This document shows, one piece after another, positions 47,924 to 56,520 of a stretch of DNA of 64,000 nucleotides. Source of the stretch: Thermodesulfobacteriota bacterium (GTDB lineage: Bacteria > Desulfobacterota > Desulfarculia > JACQYL01). The stretch covers positions 4,032,001 through 4,096,000 of the forward strand of contig CAXXLZ010000002.1 of assembly GCA_963675595.2 (NCBI GenBank), read 5' to 3'. The position numbers were made by a program, and so were the translations under genes. The notes beneath the pieces are model-generated. The model did not search any database. It was not told the origin of the DNA and saw only the letters and a list, made by a program, of their open reading frames with translations. Positions within the stretch are counted from its first letter, which is position 1, and each line of letters starts with the position of its first letter.

Positions 47924-49006
47924 ATGAAAAACGTGGTGGTGCTGCATTCCGCCGTGTCCAAAGATGCGGGCAAGGATGAACAGGACGTCCTGGAGCAGGC
48001 GAAAGCCGTGTCCGAAGCATTGCGGAGATTAGGATACGAGCACTCGATTCAGCCTTTCGACGGCGATGTGGAGCGACTGGAAGAATGCCTGCAGAGGGTT
48101 CGCGCCGGCTTGGTGTTCAACTTGGTGGAAACCGTTGGGGGAAGCGGACGATTCATTCATTGGGCTCCGGCTTGGCTGGAAAGACGGGGAATTCCGCATA
48201 CGGGTTCTTCCGCGGGGGCGCTTTTCGCCACCTCCAACAAGCTTGAAGCGAAGAATCGCATGAAGGCGGCAGGCCTGCCCACCCCCGGCTGGTACGTGAG
48301 AGGCGAGGGCGGCGACGGGAAGGATTGGAGGCCTGGAAGGTTTATCGTCAAATCCGTTTGGGAACATGCTTCCGTGGGATTGGGGACGGACTCCGTGATC
48401 GAAGCTTTGTCGCCGATTCAACTGACGGAGGCCATGGAGCTTCGTGGAGAGTCTTTAGGCGGGGACTGCTTTGCCGAGCGGTATATCGAGGGCCGGGAGT
48501 TCAACCTTTCGATGCTTACGGGATACGACGGTCCGGTGGTGTTGCCCCCTGCGGAGATCCGTTTCGACGATTATCCCGAAGGAAAGGTTCGGATCGTTGA
48601 TTATCGCGCCAAGTGGGAGGAGGGTTCGTTTGAATTCCACCACACGCCTCGAACCTTTGACCTCGAACCTCACGACGCCGCTTTGGTCGAGAAGCTGAAA
48701 ACACTGGCGGTGGCGTGTTGGAGGCTTTTTGGACTCCAAGGGTATGCCCGGGTGGATTTCAGAGTGGACCTGGAAGGGCGCCCCTCGATTCTCGAAGTGA
48801 ACGCAAACCCGTGCATCGCTCCGGACAGCGGATTCGTGGCCGCCGCATCCAGAGCGGGTATTGATTTTGAGGAAGTGGTTCGGCGCGTGCTGGTCGATTT
48901 GGTGGCGGGAACGCCGAAAGATCGGGGGCTTGAGGGGGAAGCGGCGAGCTCGTGGGCCCTTTCCATGCCAAGCGGGAACGGGGAAACGTTTCCGGCGATG
49001 CTCTAA
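47924..49006 (+). CDS. Ddl-like ATP-grasp ligase 2
   Basis: 'VFNLVE', 'KSVWEHASVG', 'YIEGREFN', 'YARVDFR', 'EVNANPC'. Confidence 0.9.
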   Translation: MKNVVVLHSAVSKDAGKDEQDVLEQAKAVSEALRRLGYEHSIQPFDGDVERLEECLQRVRAGLVFNLVETVGGSGRFIHWAPAWLERRGIPHTGSSAGALFATSNKLEAKNRMKAAGLPTPGWYVRGEGGDGKDWRPGRFIVKSVWEHASVGLGTDSVIEALSPIQLTEAMELRGESLGGDCFAERYIEGREFNLSMLTGYDGPVVLPPAEIRFDDYPEGKVRIVDYRAKWEEGSFEFHHTPRTFDLEPHDAALVEKLKTLAVACWRLFGLQGYARVDFRVDLEGRPSILEVNANPCIAPDSGFVAAASRAGIDFEEVVRRVLVDLVAGTPKDRGLEGEAASSWALSMPSGNGETFPAML

Positions 49007-49039
49007 ACTCGTACCGGCTTACTCTCGGGCGATAACGTT

Positions 49040-50827
49040 ATGTTCCGAATCCGAAGAATTTTCGATGATTCCCTGGACGTGGATCGAGAAGCCATCCAAC
49101 AGGTCCGGGGAATCCTGAGAAACCAGTTCAGCCAAGTCAGCGTCAAGGAAATCGATAAGCTTCCCCAGCAGTTGCGGAATCCTCTGAAATATCGATTTCG
49201 GTCGATTCTTTTCGTGGCCGAAAAGAACAGGCATAAAGTCAGGGGCTTCGCTCTCCTCATGCATGCCCCGGACCTCAATTTCTGCTATCTGGATTTCATC
49301 TCGGTGGAACCCGGGAAAACGGGTGGAGGCGTTGGGGGAGCGCTCTACGAGCGGGTGAGGGAAGAGGCTTCCACACTGAATTCCAAAGGGCTGTTTTTCG
49401 AATGTCTGCCGGACGAACCGAACCTTTGTGGAATGCCTTCCCTGATACGGCAGAATCGTGCGCGCCTGAAGTTCTATGAGCGGTATGGCGCCCGGCCCAT
49501 CGTGAACACGGAGTACGAACTTCCCCTGAAGTCCGACGACACGTGTCCGCCTCATTTGGTTTTTGATCCTTTGGGGAAGCCGGCGCATCTTTCCAGGGAC
49601 GACGCCCGTAAGACCGTTCGCGCCATCCTGGAAAGAAAATACGGCGCCTATGCGCCTCCCGAGTATATCGACCGGGTCACGGAATCCTTCAAGGACGACC
49701 CGGTGCTTATCAGAGAGCCCAAATACGTAATCCATGAAAAGCCCTTGAGCGGCGGTTCCGTAAGATCGCTGGAACGGACCATCGCTCTGGTATTGACCGA
49801 CCAGCACGAGATTCACCATGTTCATGAACGCGGGTACGTGGAATCTCCGGTTCGAGTGCGTTCCATTCTAAAAGGGCTGGAAGGAATGGAACAAATGATC
49901 GATCGGATTCCCCCGCAACATTTTTCGGAACGGATCATCAAGGAGGTTCACGACGGGGCTTTTGTGGAATATCTCAAAAGGGTCTGCAACCGGATCGAGA
50001 AGGGTCGATCCGTGTACCCTTACGTGTTTCCCATTCGAAACGCGGCCAGGCCTCCCAAGGAACTTCCCATACGCGCCGGATATTATTGCATCGACACGTT
50101 CACGCCTTTGAACAAGCATGCCTACACGGCGGCCAAACGGGCGGTGGACTGCTCCCTGACCGCGGCGCGTGCCGTGCTTCAGGGTTATAGAACGGCTTAC
50201 GCCCTGGTGCGACCGCCCGGGCATCACGCAGAACGTAGATCCTTCGGGGGGTTCTGCTATTTCAACTCCGCGTCGGTGGCCGCTCAATTCCTTTCCGCTC
50301 ACGGGCGCGTAGCGGTGCTGGACATCGATTACCATCACGGCAACGGAACCCAGGACATTTTTTATAACCGTGCGGACGTGCTCACCGTATCGATTCACGG
50401 GGATCCCAGTTTCGCATACCCGTACTTCAGCGGGTTTCGCGATGAAAAAGGAGTGGGCAACGGCAGCGGGTTCAACGTGAACATCCCCCTGGACGAGGAA
50501 GTGGACGGAGAGAAGTACCGAAAATCTTTGAGTGGGGCGTTGAAGCGCATTAACGTCTTTCGTCCGAAATTTCTGGTGGTGAGCCTTGGGCTGGACACGG
50601 CCAAAGGGGACCCTACGGGCTCCTGGTCTCTGAGTCCGGAAGACTTCGAAAAGAACGGGCAAATGATCGGCGCAATGAGGATGCCCACACTGATCGTTCA
50701 GGAAGGCGGATACCGAATTCGCTCTCTTGGGGGCAATGCCAGGCATTTTTTTCTGGGTCTCATTCATGGGGCCGGAGCCCCGGTGACTGTTCCGGCTCGG
50801 AGCAGGACCGGACACGAGCAACTTTAG
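49040..50827 (+). CDS. GNAT-domain / histone-deacetylase-family (acetylpolyamine amidohydrolase-like) fusion
   Basis: N-terminal 'YLDFISV..GKTGGGVGGALY...LKFYERYG'; C-terminal 'RPPGHHA', 'DIDYHHGNGTQ', 'SIHGDP', 'LGLD', 'QEGGY'. Confidence 0.9.
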   Translation: MFRIRRIFDDSLDVDREAIQQVRGILRNQFSQVSVKEIDKLPQQLRNPLKYRFRSILFVAEKNRHKVRGFALLMHAPDLNFCYLDFISVEPGKTGGGVGGALYERVREEASTLNSKGLFFECLPDEPNLCGMPSLIRQNRARLKFYERYGARPIVNTEYELPLKSDDTCPPHLVFDPLGKPAHLSRDDARKTVRAILERKYGAYAPPEYIDRVTESFKDDPVLIREPKYVIHEKPLSGGSVRSLERTIALVLTDQHEIHHVHERGYVESPVRVRSILKGLEGMEQMIDRIPPQHFSERIIKEVHDGAFVEYLKRVCNRIEKGRSVYPYVFPIRNAARPPKELPIRAGYYCIDTFTPLNKHAYTAAKRAVDCSLTAARAVLQGYRTAYALVRPPGHHAERRSFGGFCYFNSASVAAQFLSAHGRVAVLDIDYHHGNGTQDIFYNRADVLTVSIHGDPSFAYPYFSGFRDEKGVGNGSGFNVNIPLDEEVDGEKYRKSLSGALKRINVFRPKFLVVSLGLDTAKGDPTGSWSLSPEDFEKNGQMIGAMRMPTLIVQEGGYRIRSLGGNARHFFLGLIHGAGAPVTVPARSRTGHEQL

Positions 50828-50850
50828 CAAGCATTCAGGACGGAAGATTC

Positions 50851-51390
50851 ATGGCGGCGTCAACTGCGGAGATCGCCTTTCGCGAACTCCACGGAGTTGA
50901 AGACATCCAAGCGATCGGACGGATCGTTGAATCCAGCGGACTTTTCTCATCGGAAGAAATACGGATTGCTCAGGAACTGGCTTCCGATCGCCTGCAGAAG
51001 GGGGAAGGGAGCGACTACCGGTTCGTAATAGTGGAGGAGCCTTCCGCGGGCGAGAGTCCGGGCCGCTCTAGAACACAGGGCTACTCCTGCTATGGTCCCG
51101 TGGCGGGAACGCTGTCCAGTTTCGATCTCTACTGGATCGCCGTGGACAAGGAACTTCAAGGCAAGGGGCTTGGGAGAATACTACTGGCCGCTACCGAAAA
51201 GCTCATTTGGGAAGAGGGGGGCTCCCGCATTTATGTCGAGACCTCCTCAACCGCGCCTTACGCCCCGACGCGGGCGTTCTATGAGAAGAACGGCTACGTG
51301 AAGGAAACGGTATTGGAGGATTTCTACCGACCCGGAGATTCCAAGGTGATTTACCTGAAAGTACGGGCCGCCGGCGGCGGGAAAGAGTGA
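50851..51390 (+). CDS. GNAT family N-acetyltransferase
   Basis: 'DLYWIAV...QGKGLG', 'YVETSS', 'TRAFYEKNGY', 'DFYRPGD'. Confidence 0.92.
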   Translation: MAASTAEIAFRELHGVEDIQAIGRIVESSGLFSSEEIRIAQELASDRLQKGEGSDYRFVIVEEPSAGESPGRSRTQGYSCYGPVAGTLSSFDLYWIAVDKELQGKGLGRILLAATEKLIWEEGGSRIYVETSSTAPYAPTRAFYEKNGYVKETVLEDFYRPGDSKVIYLKVRAAGGGKE

Positions 51391-51414
51391 CCGTTTCAGG
51401 GCATGCATTCACGG

Positions 51415-51442
51415 GGGGAAGACTTTCGAGAAAGTCTTCCCC
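51415..51442. terminator. Perfect hairpin between convergent operons (REP-like/terminator)
   Basis: GGGGAAGACTTT-cgag-AAAGTCTTCCCC, 12-bp stem. Confidence 0.65.
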
Positions 51443-51518
51443 GTACCCCCGTTCAAAGCTACTCAAATAGGCCTCATCGCCTTCGCCGTCGACGAATCAA
51501 GGCCGGCTCTTCCCGATT

Positions 51519-52466
51519 TCATTTTGCCGCCAAGTACCCTACATATCCCGAGTATAGACCCAGCAGAAGCCCTCCTTCCCATCGCTTCAATAAGAAACCG
51601 GTGCGAGCCAGAGGTAGGATCAGCACGGCCGAGAAGTTGAGCAACACCAAGTCCGCCACGCCGAATTCATGAACGGTCATGGGGTGGATGAGTGCTGCGA
51701 TCCCAAGAATTCCGAGGATATTGAAGACATTCGATCCGACCACGTTTCCCACCGATATATCCGCTTCACCGCGCATGGAAGCCACCAAGGAAGTGGCCAA
51801 TTCGGGAAGGCTGGTTCCCACGGCAACGATGGTCAGAGCGATGACGCTTTGACTGATGCCGAACCTGCCTGCCAGGTCGACCACTCCGACAACGAAAAAG
51901 TGCCCTCCCGCCGCGAGCAGGACGAATCCTCCGGCACAAAAGGCGGCTTCGACCCAGGGTGAGCGGCTCTGCGGGGCGGGGGCGGGCATTTCGAACTCCG
52001 GGGAGTTGTGGGAGCCTCCTCTCTTAGTGGACCGGACGTTAAAAACCGTGTAGGCCCCGAGGCCCATGGTTAGCAAGATTCCGTCGAAACGGCCGAGAAC
52101 CCCGTCCAGAAGCATGAGAGTGAGCCCGAGGGTCACCACGATAACAATGGGTAGCTGCATCCGAATTACGCTCAGGTCCACCGAAAGAGGGCGTAAGACC
52201 GCCGACAGCCCCAAAATCAGGGTGATATTGCAGATATTGGACCCGATGATGTTTCCCAGGGCGATGACGCCGTTGCCGTCGAGCGAAGCCTTCAGGCTCA
52301 CCACCAACTCCGGGCTGCTGGTACCGAAGGAAACGATGGTGAGCCCCACAACCAGTCGTGTGAGCCCCATGCGGAGGGCCAGAGAGGCGCTGCCGCGGAC
52401 CAGCCATTCCGCGCCCAGATACAAGGACGCGATTCCCATCGCGACCTGCAAGGCCGTAACCGCCAT
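51519..52466 (-). CDS. Calcium/sodium antiporter (YrbG family)
   Basis: Two alpha repeats 'GTSSPE...GNIIGSN' and 'GTSLPE...GNVVGSN'. Confidence 0.93.
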   Translation of the reverse strand: MAVTALQVAMGIASLYLGAEWLVRGSASLALRMGLTRLVVGLTIVSFGTSSPELVVSLKASLDGNGVIALGNIIGSNICNITLILGLSAVLRPLSVDLSVIRMQLPIVIVVTLGLTLMLLDGVLGRFDGILLTMGLGAYTVFNVRSTKRGGSHNSPEFEMPAPAPQSRSPWVEAAFCAGGFVLLAAGGHFFVVGVVDLAGRFGISQSVIALTIVAVGTSLPELATSLVASMRGEADISVGNVVGSNVFNILGILGIAALIHPMTVHEFGVADLVLLNFSAVLILPLARTGFLLKRWEGGLLLGLYSGYVGYLAAK

Positions 52467-52617
52467 TGACGAGTCCTTCGGTGAAGCATGCGAAGCGGTC
52501 ATCCGTGGTAGGGCGTTGATCGTTCGTGCGGAGACCGCTTAGTTGAGTTTGTTCGCACGATTCTTTCGGTTCATGCAATCGTTGCACGGAATGGTCGCGA
52601 ATCCAACCGGCCGGTTC

Positions 52618-54048
52618 TTATCCGTTGGGTGAAACCTTCACTTCGACTTCCACGTCCGGCCACCTTTTTTCTACGGACTGCATGCTGGGCGGGGCTACGA
52701 TCTTGCAGAAAAGAATCGTATCTTCCGTGATTCCGTCCAGATAAATGGGCGTCGTCATCACTGCCAGCCCTTTTGTCTTCTTTTCGGTTTCCGGGGTCAG
52801 CACTTTCACCGACTCAGGATTGAGCCGGATGGAAACCAACTTCAGCCCCGGAGGCAGCTTTCCCAAGACCTGGGCGTGCACCGGGATTTCCTTTTCAATG
52901 ATCTCGCTGAAAGAAAGGGTCACCGACGCCGGTTCGGCGTCCAGTAAGTTGACTCCTCTGGGTAGGTTGATGTTCCTCTCGGTGATGATGAAGGTCTGTT
53001 TGCCGGCCGCGATCTTGGACAGGTCGATGCGTACGCTCAGGTCCGAAGGCTCCAGTCCGTCCAGTTCCGACTTGGGTCCGGCCAGGTGCACGTCGACCTT
53101 ATTGGGTCGATCACCCACCATCACTACGTTTTGAGGGGTTGCCACGAACTCGATGGGAACGGACAATCCTTTCTCACGAATCTCCCCCCCGGAGATGACC
53201 ACGGTGTACCAGAACACAAAGGCCACCATCAGGCTGACGCAGAATTGATAGACCAAAGGCGCTTTACGGGGACCGGAAGGCCTCATGGTGGCGGCATCCT
53301 TCCAGTGATCCGTGATCCATGATCTGAGGGACGGGGTATCCAATACGGGAGAAAATTTGCCGTCCCGGAAGGCGGTTACGGCCCCCCTTTCCTCGGACAC
53401 GGCGATGACCAGGGCGTCGCAGACTTCGGCGAGCCCCATGGCGGCATGGTGCCGGACCCCGAGCTCTCTCGGAAGCAGCCCGCTCTTCGAAACCGGAAGC
53501 CGTCCTGCAAAAGATACCACCTTGCCGCCGTCGATGACCACGGCGCCGTCATGGCCCGGCGAATGGGGATCGAAGAGGCTGACGAGCAAAGGAGAGCTGA
53601 AGGAGGCATTCAGTGCGAATCCTCCCGCGACCCATTGCTTGGTGGACTCTCTGCCGGGAAGCACGATGATGGCGCCCCATTTTCTGCGCGCGAGGGAAAA
53701 GACGACGTCGGCAAGGGCCGGAGCAAGTCCGTCGCTGCCGGCCTGCCTCTCCTTTCCGCCCAAGGAGGCCGCACGTTCGAAAAGCTTACGAATCTCCGGC
53801 TGGAAAATCACGATGAACCCGATCACGGCAACGTGGCTCAGATTCGAGTAAATCCAGCGGACTCCCCGGAAGTCGAACACGTTGGCCAGAATGAATACCG
53901 CCGCGGCGACCAGGGTGCCGTAAAGAATCTTCCATGTTCCCAGACGCCTGAGCGTTCGGTAGGACAAGAGGACCAGAGCCGCGATGATAAAATTGTCCAC
54001 GAGGGCCCGAAACGTGAGAAGCTCTTTGAGAACCTCAAAGGTGAACGT
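52618..54048 (-). CDS. Membrane diadenylate cyclase (DAC) fused to YbbR-like domains; probable ACG start
   Basis: N-terminal TMs, 'IFQPEIRK', 'HDGA', 'RHHAA', 'VSEERG', a further TM, then YbbR-like 'V.V.L.GP', 'VRIDLS' repeats. Confidence 0.85.
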   Translation of the reverse strand, partial: TFTFEVLKELLTFRALVDNFIIAALVLLSYRTLRRLGTWKILYGTLVAAAVFILANVFDFRGVRWIYSNLSHVAVIGFIVIFQPEIRKLFERAASLGGKERQAGSDGLAPALADVVFSLARRKWGAIIVLPGRESTKQWVAGGFALNASFSSPLLVSLFDPHSPGHDGAVVIDGGKVVSFAGRLPVSKSGLLPRELGVRHHAAMGLAEVCDALVIAVSEERGAVTAFRDGKFSPVLDTPSLRSWITDHWKDAATMRPSGPRKAPLVYQFCVSLMVAFVFWYTVVISGGEIREKGLSVPIEFVATPQNVVMVGDRPNKVDVHLAGPKSELDGLEPSDLSVRIDLSKIAAGKQTFIITERNINLPRGVNLLDAEPASVTLSFSEIIEKEIPVHAQVLGKLPPGLKLVSIRLNPESVKVLTPETEKKTKGLAVMTTPIYLDGITEDTILFCKIVAPPSMQSVEKRWPDVEVEVKVSPNG

Positions 54049-54266
54049 AGGCCGCTCCTTTCAGTGGGCGGGGAGTTGTGTGTTTGCCGGAATGGGATCG
54101 GTGCCTTTTCATGGAGACGATTTCCCCGAACAAGTGTGGCTTGTTCACACGCCCGCCCGCGGCGGACCTTTGCTCGGCATGGCCTCAACGTCGATTTTGA
54201 ACAATGCCGAGTGCGTGTGGTTTAATGAAACAAATCCGGGGGCGAACCGGTCGAATCCCCTAATTG

Positions 54267-54926
54267 TTATCGCAACCCTTTGATCTTTTTGATGTCCTCG
54301 GTTTTTCCCAACATGATGAGGATGTCGCTGTCCTTGATGACAAAGTCGGCCGGCGGTGCGAGGACGAGCCCTTCGGGCACCAGTTCTTTAACGGCGATAA
54401 CGTGAACGTTGTACTTGGCCCTCAGGTGCAAATCCCGCAGGCTTTTCCCGGTGAAATCTTTGGGCGGCCCGACTTGTATCAGGTCGAAGTCTTCGGACAG
54501 AGGAATGAAATCCAGTACGTTGGGAGTGGACAGCCCTCGAGCCACGCGCATCGCCATGTCTCTTTCCGGATGAATGACTTCGGTGGCGCCCACCTTCTTC
54601 AGAATTTTTTCATGATCTTCGTCCAATGCCTTGGCCAATATTCGTTTGATCCCCATCTCTTGCAGGTAGAGGCATATGAGAATGCTCGTACTGATCCGGG
54701 TTCCGGTGGAGACGATGACCGCGTCCATGACCTCGAGACCAAGAGCCTTCATGGCATCTTTGTCCGTGGCGTCCAGCACAACGGCTTCGGTGCAGTGGGG
54801 GTCTACGGCCTGAATCCGGTTCTTGTCGTAGTCGATGGCCACGGTTTCATGCCCTTCCTCGTACAAAGCCCGGGCCACATGGAAACCGAAATTCCCCAAT
54901 CCGATCACGGCAAATCGTTTCATCAC
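54267..54926 (-). CDS. KtrA/TrkA family K+ uptake regulatory subunit
   Basis: 'FAVIGLGNFG', 'KVGATEVIHPE', RCK_C domain. Confidence 0.92.
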   Translation of the reverse strand: MMKRFAVIGLGNFGFHVARALYEEGHETVAIDYDKNRIQAVDPHCTEAVVLDATDKDAMKALGLEVMDAVIVSTGTRISTSILICLYLQEMGIKRILAKALDEDHEKILKKVGATEVIHPERDMAMRVARGLSTPNVLDFIPLSEDFDLIQVGPPKDFTGKSLRDLHLRAKYNVHVIAVKELVPEGLVLAPPADFVIKDSDILIMLGKTEDIKKIKGLR

Positions 54927-54935
54927 CTTCCCCTT

Positions 54936-56321
54936 TCAACCAATCATCATGTTTTCTTCCGCGTATTCCACTCCGCCTGTGACTCCCCCTCCAACCAGGA
55001 TGTAGGAGAAAGTCAGCACGCCCACACGACCGATCATCATAAGCAGGATGATCCAAAGCTTGCCCCAGTTTCCCAACTCTCCCGTTGTTCCCGTGGAGAG
55101 GCCTACGGTTCCGAAAGCGGACGCGGTCTCGAACAGGTAGGAAAGGAACTCCCTTTGGCGGGACGGTTGTATGGAGAGGTCCCACACGTGTTCAAGCAAC
55201 AGCATGAACGACACCAGCCCAACGATGGCTATGGAAACCAGGATGAGGGAGTAGCTTTTGGATACGGTTTCCACCGGGATGCTTTTTCTGAAAAGGTTCA
55301 CCCTCTTTCTTCTGCGAATTCTGGTCCAAGTCGAGGTGCACACCAAGGCGAGGGTTGTGGTCTTCACTCCTCCGCCGCAAGACCCGGGAGACGCTCCAAA
55401 AAACATGAGGACGATAAACACGAGAAGGGTGGCGTCGTGCAGCCCGGCGATGTCTACGGTGTTGAAACCCGCGGTTCGGCAGGTGATCGATTGGAAAACG
55501 GACACCAGAATCCGCTCATGAATCGGGGCGTTCAGAAGAGCCCCTTCCGCCTCCAGAAGCTGGAAGAGAACCGCGCCTCCCAAAATAAGCACTCCCGTTG
55601 TGACCAGCACCGTCTTGCTCTGGACCGACAGCCTCGGCCGGTTCGGACCCTTGTGAGTCGCGTACAGAAAAAGCTCGTAGATCAGTGGAAACCCGATGCC
55701 GCCCAAGACGATTAAACCGCAAATCGTAAGATTGAGAGGCAAGTTCCCGCTGTCCGCGGTGAGACTGTTATGGAACAGAGAGAAGCCCGCGTTACAGAAA
55801 GCGGAGATGGAGTGGAACAGGGAGAGGTAGAGGGCTTTGCCCCAGGAATATTGTCCCTGCCAGTGAAGAAAAAGAAAGACGGTGCCCAATATCTCCGTTG
55901 CGGCGGTAAACAGGAAGATGGTCTTTACCAATTTCAGAATGTCTTCTCGGGGGGTGTGAGCGAAGACTTCCTGAAGGACCCTGCGGTGACGAAAAGAGAT
56001 TGAACGGCCGAGCACACCGAAAAGAATCACCGAAACGGTCATGACTCCCAGTCCGCCGATCTGTATCAGAACGAGAATCACGTTTTGTCCGAATCCGGTG
56101 AAATAAGTTCCCGTGTCCAAGACCGTCAATCCGGTCACGCAGACTGCCGATGTGGCCGTGAACAGGGCATCCACAAGGGATATGGCCCCGCTTGTCGTGG
56201 CCGCGGGCAACAGCAGAAGACCGAATCCGGCGAGAATCAATGCGGCGAAGCTGGAAAAGATCAGCAGCGCAGGATGCATCCTGAGCAATCTTGGAGCCGG
56301 AGATTTCGAAACCGCGCTCAT
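54936..56321 (-). CDS. KtrB/TrkH family K+ uptake membrane subunit
   Basis: Four pore loops 'VTGL', 'NAGF', 'TAGF', 'TVGL'; 'GGGVKTT'. Confidence 0.93.
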   Translation of the reverse strand: MSAVSKSPAPRLLRMHPALLIFSSFAALILAGFGLLLLPAATTSGAISLVDALFTATSAVCVTGLTVLDTGTYFTGFGQNVILVLIQIGGLGVMTVSVILFGVLGRSISFRHRRVLQEVFAHTPREDILKLVKTIFLFTAATEILGTVFLFLHWQGQYSWGKALYLSLFHSISAFCNAGFSLFHNSLTADSGNLPLNLTICGLIVLGGIGFPLIYELFLYATHKGPNRPRLSVQSKTVLVTTGVLILGGAVLFQLLEAEGALLNAPIHERILVSVFQSITCRTAGFNTVDIAGLHDATLLVFIVLMFFGASPGSCGGGVKTTTLALVCTSTWTRIRRRKRVNLFRKSIPVETVSKSYSLILVSIAIVGLVSFMLLLEHVWDLSIQPSRQREFLSYLFETASAFGTVGLSTGTTGELGNWGKLWIILLMMIGRVGVLTFSYILVGGGVTGGVEYAEENMMIG

Positions 56322-56520
56322 AGTACTTTGAATACTCCTGATTTGGCCGGTTAAATGGATAGGGACATGGTGCGGGAAAATGCTCCGACTTTCAAAGCCC
56401 GGCGTCTATGCCTTGGGCGAAATGTCGGGGCTGAATGAGTCCAACCGCCTCGGGCCCGATGGGACGTGGAACCTCCATATCTGTCGCGATCCGTGGGTCA
56501 TGATGATCCCGCTTCAGCAG

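Noticed and set aside
46631-49006. Housekeeping ddl or van-type resistance ligases
   Set aside because: N-termini lack the GGxSxE motif of true Ddl, and there are no mur or van genes in context
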